NCBI GenBank assembly: GCA_002104945.1
Contig: MCFH01000022.1
Span: 434,001-498,000 of the forward strand
DNA from: Piromyces finnis finn
Lineage: Eukaryota; Fungi; Neocallimastigomycota
Direction: 5' to 3'
Length of the DNA stretch: 64,000 nt
The position numbers were made by a program, and so were the translations under genes. Below the pieces are notes generated by a model. It saw nothing but the letters and a program-made list of their open reading frames with translations. It did not search any database and was not told the origin of the DNA. Shown one piece after another: positions 1-14,501 of the stretch (position 1 is its first letter; each line of letters opens with the position of its first letter).

Positions 1-1493
1 ATATCATCAGTATCAAAAAAATTGCTACAAAAACAGCATCTTTTATCAACATTTTTTTCCATATCAACATCATAATTATCTATTGAAATATTTTCTTTGA
101 TATCTTCATTATCTTTATTATTATTCTCATTTTCTATTTGATTTTCTTTAAATTCATTTTTTATACTATCTAAGTTAAAAATACTAGTATTATTATTTTC
201 GCCATTATTATTACTACTATTATTATTATTGTTGTTGTTGTTGTTACTATTTTTATTTATTGATGTTACTTCAGACTGCATACTGTTCACTTTCTTTTTT
301 TTAAGATATATACTGCCTTTAAAAAAGTTACGATATTTCGAATTTTTGTCAAGAAATAATTTTTCTTTTTCCTCCTTTAGTTTTAAATAATGCTTTATTA
401 ATTCATCAATTTTTTCTAAGTAAGTTCTTTTAATTGATATACATTCTTTAAGATGTATTGCTTTTTCCTCATAAATTGGCCATGGTTTCAAACAACAAAA
501 GCATACATTTTGATTTAAAATAAAATTTATTTTTTCTTTAAAAAAAAAATGATCTGGTTCAATTTTTGAAAAACAATGTATAATATGTAAACATAAATCA
601 ATTATATTTGAAAAACTATTATCTTCCTCACAAATTTTACATTCAAATTGATTCTTATCACTTGGTAATCTTGATATATTTGTTGATTCTATATCATTAA
701 GGGTATTGGTAATAAATTCATTTTGAATGGTGTCAGTGTTAATATATTCATTAAGTTCTCTTTCCTTGTCTAATCTTTCATTACTATTATTATTTTTAAT
801 ATTCTTGTAAAATGATGAAATCTTCTTATCTTCTTTTTTTACACCAAAATTGGTTTTGCCATCTTTCCTAAGAGATGAATCAATACATAAATTTACATGT
901 TTTTCACGTTCGGACAAAGTATAAAAATCTAAACAAATATTGCATATTGGACATTTTTGTGATTCATATGTATATGTATTATCAGAAATCAAATCTTCAT
1001 TCTGTTTTCCTATATTAATATTTTCAATAGTGCTTTCATTTTTTTCATTGTTAACATTCTTTTCAATTAATACTTCATTATTATTAGAATTAAGTATATT
1101 ATTTTCCTGTTTTATATATTTTGATTCATCACCATTATACACATTTTCACTTTTATCTGTATTATTAGTATTTGAATTTACTTTCTTTTTTTCATTGTTT
1201 TTAAAAAAGGATAATGCAAAAAGATTTTGAGAACTTTTTTTATTTTTTTTATTTTTTTTATTTGAACTTAATTTTAGCTTTTTTCTATCCACTTTTATGG
1301 AAAGAACATCCTTCTTATTTTCAACAACCTTATTTAAAAAAAAAGGAGATCTTTTTAGATTATTATTTTCATTTTTTACACTATTCAGAGTATTTCGAAT
1401 ATTTGTATTATCTTCTAAATTATTAAATGAATTTCCTAATTTATCATCATCTTTTTCTATCAATTGTTTTTTAAAATCAAAATGTTCTTCCAT
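1..1493 (-). CDS. Partial CDS running off the left edge; Asn/Lys-rich protein with two tandem C2HC (UBZ4-like) zinc fingers; SLX4-like (alternative: SNM1A/Pso2-like)
   Basis: Manual translation from ATG 1493 (MEEHFDFKKQLIEK...). It is in frame with CKICEEDNSFSNIIDLCLHIIHC (C-x2-C-x14-H-x3-C) and CFCCLKPWPIYEEKAIHLKEC (C-x2-C-x12-H-x3-C) at 641-441. No stop was found in the segments translated down to position 1. It is missing from the ORF track, probably because no stop falls inside the window. Confidence refers to it being coding; the family call is weaker. Confidence 0.7.
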   Translation of the reverse strand, partial: MEEHFDFKKQLIEKDDDKLGNSFNNLEDNTNIRNTLNSVKNENNNLKRSPFFLNKVVENKKDVLSIKVDRKKLKLSSNKKNKKNKKSSQNLFALSFFKNNEKKKVNSNTNNTDKSENVYNGDESKYIKQENNILNSNNNEVLIEKNVNNEKNESTIENINIGKQNEDLISDNTYTYESQKCPICNICLDFYTLSEREKHVNLCIDSSLRKDGKTNFGVKKEDKKISSFYKNIKNNNSNERLDKERELNEYINTDTIQNEFITNTLNDIESTNISRLPSDKNQFECKICEEDNSFSNIIDLCLHIIHCFSKIEPDHFFFKEKINFILNQNVCFCCLKPWPIYEEKAIHLKECISIKRTYLEKIDELIKHYLKLKEEKEKLFLDKNSKYRNFFKGSIYLKKKKVNSMQSEVTSINKNSNNNNNNNNNSSNNNGENNNTSIFNLDSIKNEFKENQIENENNNKDNEDIKENISIDNYDVDMEKNVDKRCCFCSNFFDTDD

Positions 1494-1942
1494 TATAAAA
1501 TGAAGACAATTATATATTTTAATATTTTTATTGCATTTATTATTATTTTTTTTAATATCTTACTTTCTTATAATACTTATTAATAAAATTTATCTTTTTA
1601 TCAATTAAATTTTAATAAATTGGAAAGTAATTTAATTTCTAAACACAATATTCATAATTAAAAAAAAAATATTTCATTATTGTTACAGAATTAAAATTTT
1701 ATTTATATTATAAATTGAATAATTTACAAGGTTAGGAAATCATAAAAAAAAAAAAAAGATTTAATATTAATATTAAAAAAATCTTTTTAAGTATTAAATG
1801 ATTTGTAAATGAAACTTAATTATAATATATAATATTGTTAAGTATAAATAGATATTTTGTTATTTTATATATAATTAAATATTGAATCTTAATTGGTATA
1901 TATTTATTCAAAATCTTTATGTTTAGATGTGTAGGTTATATT

Positions 1943-4900
1943 TTAAAAGTTTGAACTTAAAAGTAAGTCTGTTTCTTTCTTACTCAAAGAACTAGTATCT
2001 ACATCGCATATTAATATTTTATTAGTTTTAGGATCAACCGTTATATTAAATTCGACATCTTCTTTTAGATCATCATTTTTATCATTTGATTCACTTAATA
2101 CTTTATTATTATCGACATTTTCTTTAAACGAGTTTTCCTTATTTCCTTTTTTGGTAAATGATACTTGTTTTTGCTTCTTATTATTAATACCAAGGTCTTT
2201 TTTATTAACAGATACATTCGTTATAATACTTGATTTTCTTGAAATTTCTGGTAATAATTTTGGTTGTTCTAATCGTTTGTATAATTTTCGTTGAGTAAGT
2301 GTACTTATTTGTTTATTATATTTATCTATTTCTTTCTCTAAATCAGAAATCTGAATTCTTTTCTCAATAACTTCTTTTCTCAAATTATTTATTTCTCTAT
2401 TCAATTGAAATTTTTTGATATATAAACCAACAAATTAAAAAAAAAAAATTATATTTGTAATAATAATAATATAAATTAGAATCAATAATTACCCAATAAT
2501 AATATTTCCTTCATTAATTGTGTTTCTATTTTCATTATTTCTTTTATTTTCAATGTTTCTTATTTTCTTTTTAAGCATATCTACTGTACATTGATAGAAA
2601 TTGTATTTTTTCATCATATTCTTTTCATCATCAAATTTATATGGATCAAACATTGAATTATTATCAAAAAATGAATGATGGAATGCCAATACATGTTTCT
2701 TTATTAATTCATAATATTTATTTATTAGAATTGTAGTTTTTATTAATATTTAGTATTATATAAATTTTTTTAACAATTTATAGGAATAAATAATATTTTC
2801 CTTAAATTAATACCTTCAATTTATGTGGATCATCTATATCCTTTCGAGCTTCAATTAATTTTTGCCTAATTTTTTTCAATAATTTCGCATAAAAGTTAGA
2901 AATATCATTATATTCTTTAAATTCATCTTTTTTAGAATAAAATTTTATTTGAACATTTTTCTTTTGAGAGTCCAATAAGATATATTGATATTGATAATCA
3001 TGTAACTCATCAGACATTTGCTATTAAATTAAAATAATATAATTTAAAAAATTATTAGTAGTTAATAATATATGTGGATTCATTAAAAATAAATATATTA
3101 TTATAAATTATGTATTTAAAGATATTATATATTTACTGAATACTGGGTAGTGAATTTCACTAGTTCATTTTGTCTAGGCTCTATCTGCTTTTTTAATTCT
3201 GAAAGTTTATATTCTAAAACGAATTTAAATTTTTCTAATTCATGATTCTTCTTTTGAAGATCATAAATTCTTTTTTCTTTTTCATGAATAGTATCATCAC
3301 GATTATTCATCTATATAAATATATTTTCAATAAATTATTTTTATTAATAAATGATAAATAATCATATATTGAATATTATTGAAAATAATATGGTTTAATA
3401 ATAATTCTATTTTTAAATATATTTACTTCTTGTTTAACATTTTCAATATCATTTTCAAGATTATGTATAATATTTTGTAGTTTTTTTTCTTCTAAACTAA
3501 CTGTAGCCAAATTTTGTTTATGGTAATTAATTTCTTTAATTATTTCATTATATTGGTTTTTCATATCAAGATTTTCTAGTTTAACTTTTTCTAAAAGTTC
3601 TTTCTCCTTTATAATTTTCTTTTCAAATATATATTGAATTTTTAATGTATCCTTTTCAATATTATCATCAATTTCTATTAAACTTTCATTATAATTTTGT
3701 TCATTATCCTTTATTTCTTTTTTTAACTAAAAATTAATATATAGTTTTGAATAATTAAATATGCAAATTTTTATTATCTAATGATATATTTAATAAAATT
3801 ATTATTTATTTATTAATCCGTACTGCTATTATTTCTTTATTTTTTTCATTAATCTTTCTTTGATAATATTCCTTAAGATATTTTATTTTATTCACATGTT
3901 GATCCTTTATCCTTTCAATTTCTTCTTTCCAATTTGATTCAACTCTTTCAATTTCTTTTTCAAGTTTATTATATTTCGTATTTTCATTATTTAATTTAAT
4001 TTTATAGTTTGCTTTTATATCCTATAACAATATAAACGGTTAATACATATTTTATTTATTTTTATTTTAATATATCGTTATTTTTTAAACTCACGTTAAT
4101 TTCTTTTTCTTTTTTTTCTTTATTATCGTATAATGTATTTTGATATTTAATATTATTTTCTGTTAGTTCGTTTTTAATTTTCTCAGAAATCTAATTTTTA
4201 ATTATAAAAGGAATAAATTTATTTTTAATTTTTAATATATATTAGTATATTAGTATAATTATGAATTACCAATTCATAATTTTTAACGTCCTTTTCATAA
4301 TTCTCATTAAGAATCTTTATATGCTCTTCATTCTCTTTCTTTTTTGATTCAAGTTCTTCGTCCTTCTTTTGAATCATTATCTATATCAATTATTATATTT
4401 TTTATTAATAATTTTTGATAATTATATCACTTTTAACAAAATCTATAAAATTAATATTTATAATATTATACATTGACTTTTTTCTTCAATTTATTAATAA
4501 TATCTGTTTTTGTTTGTAAATCTACTTTTGTTATAAGCATCTAATATTTTAAATTTTAACAAAACAATATTATAATTAATTATATGGAATAAAATTTAAT
4601 TATTATATTTTCAGATATTACTTCTTCCGAATAATATTTTTTTGCATTTTGTTTTTGGCTTAAAGAATTATCATATATTGAATTTTCTTTTAAACTAATA
4701 ATTGATAAACATCCATCTTCACTGCATGAGAATATTAAACTATCATCGTCTGAAATTGCTAATTTCGAAATTCTTTTGGAATGAACACTTATATCATAAT
4801 AGGATATTAATTGTTCATTATCTTTATTTATATGGATAATTCTGATTATTCCAGCATTTGTTGCTTTTATTATATTTTTAATATTCAATTATATTATTTA

Positions 4901-6162
4901 TCAATAAAATATCAAAATTAATCATTCATAATTTATTAATATCAATATATTTACTTACAGCCAATGATTATATTTCCTGAATTACTTATACATACTGTAT
5001 ATAAAAATATATATAAAGTGTTAACGTTTTAAAGTTACTATTATATAATAAATAACTATATTTAAATATTACAGTTGTTTAATTCAATTGATTGTGGTAT
5101 TTGACATAAAAGATCTTTATCATTAAATTTCTTTAAGTATATTATTTATATTAAAATATTAGATATTAGATTTAACTTTTTAATTTTAAACTGTATATTT
5201 AATTTTTAACTAATTAAAAATTTAATTCTTACCCATATTTTCCCTTCTTTTTCTGAAATATAAAGATATTTATATTTCGGTGTAAATACACCACTTATAA
5301 ATTGATGCCCTGGAATAGTTAATGTATTTTCCTTTTTTTTTTCATTAATACTCCATACACATATAGTACCTTCTGTATCACATGAAAAAAGCTTAAGATC
5401 ATTATTAGACCAATATATACATCTTACTTTAGATGCATGACCACGAATAATCCATAAGATACTATAAGTCCAAGATGAATAAATTTGGATTGTTGATCCA
5501 TGAGTTACAGCAAAGAACTATTTGTATTATATATTTTTATAATTATATTGTATTAATATTATATATTTTCATAGAAAATATTATAAATAAAATTATTATC
5601 ATTTATGTACCTGACCACCATGACTAAATTTACACTTTAAAAATAAAATATATTGAATGAAAGAAAAGAAATAATAATGTTATTTTTATTCTATTTATAT
5701 TATATTATAATATTTGAAATAAAAAATTGTAATATTATATAATTACTTGTCTACATCCTATAATATTTGCTGACCAATGTTCATAAAAATCATTATGAAG
5801 AATTGTCATAATTTTTATAGAATTATTGAAACCAACTAAAATAAATAAACCGTTTGGATGCAATGATAAACTATTGATATTATTAATCATATTTTATTTT
5901 AAAATTATTTTAAGTTCATTATTTTCAACAAATAATGTTTTAATGACTATTAATTATATTAATCATTTTCTTTACTAACCATACAGGTTCTTGATCATAT
6001 TGCTTTATTACTTCTACAAAATTTTCTCTATAGTTCCATATTCTTATAGTTTTATCCGTACTACATGTAACTATAATTGGTTTCCAAATGCATGTATCCA
6101 TATCAATAATGGAACCATTATGGAAAGGTTGAATAAGATGTTCATATCCTTGATCAATATTC

Positions 6163-6259
<97 letters not shown>

Positions 6260-7873
6260 GTTATTATTATTATTATTATTATTGTTATTATTATTATTAT
6301 TATTATTATTTAAAAAAAAATTGAAAAAAATATGAGACATACTTTTTCAATATCAACATAAACTTGAATATAATAAACTTGATTATTTTCTAGAGTAACA
6401 AGTAATCCTTTTTTATTAACATGTACTGCAATTGTTTTAACAGCTGAATTTTCTAATGTTTCATCATGATTTTTTCTATAATAACCCATATTATCTTCTA
6501 TCTTTTCAAAAACTGAAATAACTCCTGAGCCATTACCAATTGCAAATCCTGTAGAAAATGGTACTATTGCTGTAATTTTTACTTGTTTAGCGTATTGTTC
6601 AGATAAAATTTGTTCACGACTTGAACTAATATCAATAGTTGAAATAAATTCGCCATTCTCATAAATTAATATTTTTTCATTTTCTGTTCCTATAATAATT
6701 CTACTTTTACTAACCCATGTATGGCATACACATTTATATTCAGTTCTAATTTGATTAACCAATTTTAATGTATTTTCTACATAACGATAAACTCTTAGAA
6801 TTGATGATCCAATTACGGATATTAATACTAAAGATGTTTCATAATTATTAACAGCAACTTGTAAAATTTCACCTCCATAATTATTTGAAGTTTTAACAAC
6901 ACCCAATTTTTTTCCTTTATTCCATAACCAAAAATACAAAAACCTAAAATTTAATATATAATAGAATATTCAATTTCTATATCTTTTTTTTTTTTTCTTT
7001 ATGACTTTCCTAAATTATTATATATTTTTAATAATAATAATAATAATAGTAAAAGTAAATACCAATCAGGACCACCAGATTGTGCTAATATACAAGCTTT
7101 ATCATTTGAAAAAATAATATCAATAAATTCCTAGTATTAAAAAAAAAAGTACAAAATATAATATATATTTAAACATTTAAAATTTGATGGGAAAAAAAAA
7201 ATGTATGAGTTAAATATATATCATATATAAAAATAAATAATATACAGAAGATGTATCATTTCCATATAAAATTTTTTTCTTTCTTGGACTATTGATATCA
7301 AATATTTCTATTAATGGTATATTTTCACATGTCCTCATAGCAACAGCAATATATGGATAGCATACTTCCATTACATTTATATTATATTTTGTATTATCTT
7401 GAAGTATTTTATTTAAAAGGGATTCATCTTTTTGCGGAGAACCTTCATTTAAAAAATCAAAATAATAATTATATGAATATATTGGTATAAACGTTTGTGT
7501 TTGACTTTCCTTATTGTATAAAACAAAATTAGATCCAGCTATATATAAAACTGTTGAATCTTCTAAACATGCTATACTTTTCTTATAATATTAACAATAT
7601 ATTAAAATATTAATTAAATCATATTTTGTTGATGATTATTGATTATATTTAAATTTATAATTACTTTAATATTATTTTGAATACCATAGATAAAGCTTTT
7701 TTTATTATATAAGAAAATAATATATATGTAATGATTAAAAAAATAATAATAATAAATAATAGTTATTATTTTTTCTCTTTTCAAATAATGTTGATATTTT
7801 TAAATTTTTATATGAACCTCTGTGAAACAGAAAATGGTTTATTTTTTAATTTTGAAAAGTTTGTCATTTCCAT
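1943..7873 (-). CDS. CFAP57: Cilia- and flagella-associated protein 57 (WDR65); N-terminal WD40 repeats plus C-terminal coiled coil; multi-exon
   Basis: Exon peptides [60 protein letters not shown] and [17 protein letters not shown] match CFAP57 motifs as I recall them. Putative start MEMTNFSK at 7873, stop at 1943, with many short GT-AG introns. Confidence 0.9.
6165..6310. repeat. (TTA)n/(AAT)n microsatellite making up most of one CFAP57 intron
   Basis: Near-perfect trinucleotide run between the donor (GAAAAA|gtatgt) and the acceptor (aacag|AATATTGATC) on the minus strand. Confidence 0.95.
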
Positions 7874-8593
7874 TTTGAATAATATTATTTTTTTTATTTT
7901 TTTATACTTATATTAATTATTATTGTATTATATCATATTTCTTTACTTTGAAATGTTATGAATATAAATAAAAAAAAAAAAAAAAAAAGGATTTAATTCC
8001 AATAATATATTCAAAAAATTAAAAGATGAAAAATGTAAATTAATTTATCAGAGACACTTTCATTATTATTTAAACTTTTTAAAAATATTTTTTTGATTTT
8101 TTATTTAATTCCTCGGAATATTATATAGTTTTATAATAAATAAAGTTGATAATTAATTAATGAAAAGTTGTAAGCGAAAATGAATAATTTTAACCACATT
8201 TTCAAATGATAGAGAAAAGTGGAGAAACAAAACAAGTTCTGGTATTCAATTTTTATATTTATATTTATACTTAAATTCATTTATATTCTAATAAAATTAT
8301 TAATGTTTATTATTTAATATTTATAATATTTATGAAATAAATAACAAAATCTATAATTAACTTTTCAATGTAAAAATTGAAATTACTAAAATATTAATAA
8401 TGAATCTATTGTTATCATTGAATGTAATGTAATATCTTCCTTAAAAAATAATATACTATTTATATATTAAAATCAAAAATAAAAAAAAATAGTAATAATA
8501 AATATTAAAATCATTTAATATATATAAATAACTAAATTGATAATATAATAAACTTGAATGGTAATTAATAAAGGAATAAACCATTAATCCAGC

Positions 8594-11421
8594 TCAGTTT
8601 TTCCAACTATAGAAAATATTATATAATAATAATATATTTTAAGTATTTTAATTAGTATATATTGATTTAATTTTTTAACTATAAAAGATATATTTAAATT
8701 ATTCTCTCCTCTTTTTTTTTTTTTCTTCATAGGTAAATGAACTTACATCTTTAATTTACGATCTCTTCCTCCACTAGCAACTTTATCACCTCGAGGACTC
8801 CAATCTACACTAAAGACTTCATCTTGATGTCCAGGTAAATCAAACTTTAATTTTTTGTTTTTAAGATCCCAAATCTTTAATGTAGAATCTTTACTACCAC
8901 TTAATAACATTCTACTATCAGATGACCAACAAACTTGATAAACAGCACCAACATGACCACGTAATGTAGTAAGGAATCTTTATAATATTATTATAATTTT
9001 AAATATTAATGAATATAATTGTAGATAGATTTTTTAAGATTATTTGTTTTTATGGTACTTACTTTCCTGTTTTACCATCCCATAATTTAATAGATTTATC
9101 GAAACTTGCACTTGCAATTAAACGACCATCTGGAGAGTAACTTACATGATTTACTGGTTGTTGATGACCTATACATATAAATCATAAATATTATTTTAAT
9201 AAATAATTTATTAAACTTGATTAAAATAGAATTAATATTCCATAAAAAAAAAAAAAGCATCTTTTAATTACCAGTCATTCTAGCAATTGGTCTCTTATTT
9301 TTAGATGGTTCCCATAAAAACATTGTAAAATCATCTGAACATGAAACTAATCTTTCTGGTTCCTTCTTTTTGACTTCTAAATATCTTTGAAGTGCAGCTT
9401 GTTGTGCTGTATTTAAATATATATGAATTAAACTAAATAAGTTCATTTTCAATAGAAATATTATTATAATAATTTATATACCTGCTTCCTTTGTTGAATA
9501 ATGTGTTCCTTTATGATCAAAACAACCGCTTCTGAGAATAAATTCAGTACTTAAAGTAAGATGATTAACCTTTAGGTTGTTATAATTAAATTATAAAATT
9601 TAATTATGATGTTAAAACTATTTATTTCTTTCTTATAATAATAATTTATTAAATTTTCTTTTAAATTCTTACCCAGTGACCATGACCATCTAACGATCTA
9701 ACAAGTTTTCCCTATTTATATACATTTTATAATTTATTGATTTGATTTTAAAAATAAAAAAAACGATTTAATATTAAAAAAATTAATATTAAAAAAAAAA
9801 AAAGAATATTTAAAATATTATTATTAAGATTTACTAACATCCTTAGCATCCCAAACTTTAATTGTTTTATCTCTTGATGCTGAATAAATTAAACCTTCAC
9901 CACCCCATTTAACACACATTACTGGGGCAGTATGAGTACCAAAAGTCATTAAAACTTTTCTAGTCTTAGCATCCCATATTTTTACTGTACCATCCTTTGA
10001 TGAACTAGCAAATCTATTACATTCAGCATTACTGTTTTGCATTTAAATATTATTTTTATTTTTAAAAGATGATTAATTATTTTATTTTATTAATATATAT
10101 ATATATATATTAATATTATTACCTGTGCATTGGTTCCCATGAAATACTAGTAATACAATTTCTGTGAGCTTTAAGGGCATCGCCAATTGCTTTACCAGTT
10201 TTTGGATTCCATAATCTTATCTGATATTAAAAATATAATTAATTAATATATCATAATGATTTATACAAAATATATATATATATAATTAATATTTTAAATA
10301 CTTACAGTTTTATCCATACTACCTGAGGCTAAAATATTACCATCTGGAGACCAAGCAACAGTTTCTACCCAATTTGTGTGACCAGTTAATGTAAATTGTG
10401 GAGTTTCGGTATTTAAATCCCAGATTCTTACAGTTTTATCACCTTTTATATTTATTAATATATATTTGAATTATAAATAAAACTTCTTTTCTTATAATAA
10501 TAAATTAAAATAAATTCTAATTACCTGAACCAGAAGCTAATTGAGAACCATCTGGACTGAATACAACAGATAATATAGCTTCGGTATGACCTTTTTTTTA
10601 TGATTTTTATTTTTTAAAAATTAATTCGAATTTCCAATTTATAAAAATTTAAATTTCAAGAATATTTATTAAAAAAGTTTTTTTTTTTTTTTTTTTTTTT
10701 CAATTTCTTTTATTAACCTGATAATGTAGAAGAACAACGAGTAACAGCTCTAACTTTAAAAACAGCTTGTGGTTGATATAAAATTTTAATAACATTTTCA
10801 GTGGATTTATTTTGACCTTTGATAACATCTTTGTAAATTCCCGATATAATTTCTTGTTCATCGACAAAGAAAGAATATGGTAATGGATCATCCTAGTTCA
10901 TATATAAAAGCATTATTATAATATAGTCTATTAATAATCTTATTTGGAATAATAACAACAACAATAATAATAATAATAACTATAAGTATGTTTTGTATTA
11001 TAATTTTCAAAGGGTTTGAATTTTTAATGCTTTTAATGATATTCAATTTACTAAAATTTCAATAAAATTATAAAATTTATAAATGCTTCTAAATAAATTA
11101 TCCCTCATTAAAAAGATAAAACAAGACAAATTATTTAAAATTTTAAATCTTTGAATATTCTCTTTAAATTAACCCTTTATTCATATATTAGTATTTTTAT
11201 AAACTAGAAATATTTACTTCTTGATTTAATAATTGATTTAATAAAAGTTGTAATTCCTCTGTAGTTGTTGCAATAGGTAAATTTAAAGCTGGAGTTTCAA
11301 AGTCACCTTCAGCACTTTGAAATTGTGCTACAATATGTCCTGTTGGTTGTTCCTCTTCTGGAACACTATTTTTAGCATTTGGATTTAAAGGTCTCTTTTC
11401 ATGAAACTTTGTTTCTCCCAT
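8594..11421 (-). CDS. NLE1: Notchless / ribosome assembly protein 4 (NLE domain plus WD40 repeats); multi-exon
   Basis: N-terminal [12 protein letters not shown]...[20 protein letters not shown] (NLE domain), plus [37 protein letters not shown] and [17 protein letters not shown]. Ends ...RDRKLKIWKN* with TGA at 8596-8594. Confidence 0.93.
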
Positions 11422-11633
11422 TTTTTTTTTTTTTTTTGTTTAAATATTAATAATAGACAAACTAAATATAATAATGATAAATATAATACCAGTAATATTT
11501 ATAAAATAATAAAAAAAAATAATTATTTAATTATATAATAATATAATTAATAACTATTGTTTAAAAATTATTAAAATTTAAAATTACTGTTAAAAAAAAA
11601 AAGTAAATTATAAAATATAAAATTTTTATTTCA

Positions 11634-11645
11634 TTTGGCCAATCA
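11634..11645 (+). promoter_or_regulatory. Putative CCAAT box (TTTGGCCAATCA) about 210 bp upstream of the NLE1 start
   Basis: Matches the NF-Y/HAP consensus RRCCAATCA. The identical 12-mer recurs at 12951-12962. Confidence 0.45.
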
Positions 11646-11847
11646 AAACCTCAATTTCAATTTTTAAAAATTTCTAATATTAAATTTTAAATTATTTATT
11701 AAAATTTTTATTTAGGATAAATAATGGTTTTATTATAATAGAGTAATTAACATTTTTCTTTAATAAATATTTATGAATTTTCTAAATTGAATTTAAATTA
11801 AATTGTAAATAGTCTATAATGTTTTTAATGTTTTATCTATAATCAAC

Positions 11848-12700
11848 TTAATCAGAATCGTTGTTATAGTAATCATCATCCTTTTCTATGTTTTTTGGTT
11901 TTCCTTTCTTTTCTTTCTTCATGTAATTTAATATCTTTTTTTTTTTTTTTTTTTTTTTGTGAAATGAAATAATGAATTAAAATAAATAAAAAGTTTAGTT
12001 ATTTAATTTTTTTTTTAATATTAATTATATTAGAAATTATTAAATAATATTTACTTCATTTATATTATCATTTTGTTTTTCGGATGATAATGAGGTAGTA
12101 AAGTAAGAAAAATTAAAATCTTCATTTTCAGCTTCAATATTGGCTTTATTTTCATGACGTTCTATAGTAATTTAAATTTATATAAAAATTAATTATATTA
12201 TTTTAATTATTTCATTTAATTTTATTTATCTTTTAAATAATTATATAATCTTTTAATTTCTGATTAACCAATATATTTCTTAAATTATACATACTTAATG
12301 GATTAATTGATATTTCTTCTATATATCTTTCTTTTTCTTTAAGTTCTATATTTTGTTTTATTTGATTCTTTTTAAATTTTCTTAAACTAGATTTTGTTCC
12401 TGCTACTGACTTTCTCTTTTTAATTTTTTTTGCTGTGGTGGTTGGGATATCTTTGCTACTTGATTCCTTACTTACTATATTTGAAGTGATTTTTTTTGAA
12501 ATTGGATTTGATGAGGAATTTAATCCTTTATTTTTTTTTGTTTCCTTTAAAAGTTGATTTAAAGCTAAAAAAAAAAGAATAAATTAAAATTATTTATAAA
12601 AATAGGAATATTAATTTTTAATATTCCCTTACAATAAGAAATACGTTTAAAACAATTTTATAATAGAGAGCTAACCTTTTTTGGATAATGCTAAAGACAT
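11848..12700 (-). CDS. Small Lys-rich multi-exon protein; possible RRT14/AROS-like nucleolar factor
   Basis: Exons join as MSLALSKK|ALNQLLKETKKIKGLNSSSNP...KKIKKRKSVAGTKSSLRKFKK...|...KKEKKGKPKNIEKDDDYYNNDSD*. The family call rests only on size, basicity and a loose N-terminal resemblance. Confidence 0.5.
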
Positions 12701-12950
12701 CTTTGACTCTTTATATATAAAATTAAAATATACAATAATTATAAATTAAAATTTTCTAAAAATTAATAACTTTTTTTTATTTTGAATGTGTGTTTATTCT
12801 ATTTATGCGTGTATTTCTTATTTCTTTCTAGATATAAAATATTGTTTTATAAATGAAAATGCCTTCTTCCCAAAAATACCATAAATATTGAAGTTTTTAA
12901 AAAAAATTCTCAAAAAATTTAATAAAAAAAGTTTATATAAATAATTAAAT

Positions 12951-12962
12951 TTTGGCCAATCA
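12951..12962 (+). promoter_or_regulatory. Putative CCAAT box (TTTGGCCAATCA) in a head-to-head intergenic region
   Basis: Lies near the middle of the 448-bp gap between divergent ATGs at 12700 (-) and 13149 (+). Identical to 11634-11645. Confidence 0.45.
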
Positions 12963-13148
12963 TTATTTTAAAATCAAAAACTAAAACTATCTTTCTTTTT
13001 TTTTTTTTATTAATAAAAATAATTTTTAATATTTTAAATTTATATAATAAACGAGTTAATTATATAGAGGAATAAATATTTATTATTATAAAGAGAAATA
13101 AATTTATTCATAATATTTGTTTTATCAAGTTAAATACAAAAAGTAAAT

Positions 13149-13639
13149 ATGGGTAAAAACGCCAAACTTTACAAAAGAGCAACTAGAAAAGAAAAAGAAA
13201 AAATGAAAATTGCTAAAAATTCTTTGGGTGATAATAAAGTATTAGAAATGAAGATGAAAAAATTGGAAGAAAATCGTAAAAAGAAACAAGAAAGAATGAA
13301 AAAAAATAATAAAGCAACTAAAGAAGAAGAAAAAGATAATAATGACGATATTATGACGGATGGACCAGTATCTTCATTCCGTCAAATGCAACAACAAAGA
13401 AAAATGACAAGTGTTGAAAAGCATGAACAAAAATACCCAGGATTAAAAGTAACCATATATTTACATAAATTTATATATTTTATACAATTAATAATTTTAA
13501 TATTTTAATATAAAAAAATGTTTTGTTAATTCAACTTTTATATTGATATTAAATTAAAATTAAAAAGGGAAGAGTCGATTATGTTGATTTAATGTATAAG
13601 AAAAAAACCTACAAACCAGCTCCAGGAATTATCAACTAA
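13149..13639 (+). CDS. Small basic uncharacterised protein, two exons
   Basis: ORF MGKNAKLYKRATRKEKEK...KYPGLK, donor gtaacc at about 13450, then a second exon GRVDYVDLMYKKKTYKPAPGIIN* ending at 13639. Function unknown; the composition suggests a nuclear or nucleolar protein. Confidence 0.7.
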
Positions 13640-14501
13640 TATAGAAATTATTTATTATCAATACATGCCTTTAAAGCAACAAAATAATTTAAAGTGTATT
13701 ACATAGTAATATTTATTTAACAAATTCTATTGAGCATTCGCATAAATTTCATGAAACTATACTATTATTTATTCATTTCTTTCTTTTTATATCTAATGTA
13801 TCTCTAATTATCTGAAATTATACAAATTATTTTTTAACAAACCACATTAATAAAATAACTTTAATTATTACTAAAAATAATGAATAAAATTAATTTTATT
13901 TCCTTTTTTTATATTACATTGATATTTTGATAGTTACATTATCTTTTTAATTCCTCTGTTTCATTTTTACCTATTTATTTTTTTTCTAATCTCTATAATT
14001 AAAAAAATTTTTAAATCTTTTTACCAATCAAAATTTTTGATTTTATATTTTTTAAATTTTTTTTTAAAAAAAAAAATATTGATAATTAAAAATTTTTAAA
14101 ATAGAGTCATAGAGTATTATTAAAAGAATTTTTATAATATGTTTTTTTATTATTTTGAAAATGATTTTACTATAAATTTTAAAAGAAATCTTTTTTAAAA
14201 TATATATATTGATATTTATTTGCTAATAAATATAAAAAATATAAAATAAACAAAAGGAGAAAACTAATTTATTAAATTTTTTTTATAAACTTATTTATTC
14301 AGTAATCTATATAATTATTTATCATTATTAAAATTTATGAAAATAAAATAAGATAAAGTTCAACAATTCAATATAACTTTTAAATTTATTTATGTAATTT
14401 ATAATTTATCAAAAATATACAATATATATATTTTTAATATTTATACTTTGTTTTATATTCAAAATTTTATCAAAATATTAATTGATTAAATATTCGGGAA
14501 A

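Noticed and set aside
940-1503. Three plus-strand hydrophobic ORFs (96, 70 and 68 aa)
   Set aside because: They are antisense shadows of the long Lys/Glu/Asn-rich minus-strand ORF starting at 1493.
5991-6340. Poly-Leu and poly-Asn ORFs
   Set aside because: Translations of an intronic (TTA)n microsatellite in CFAP57.
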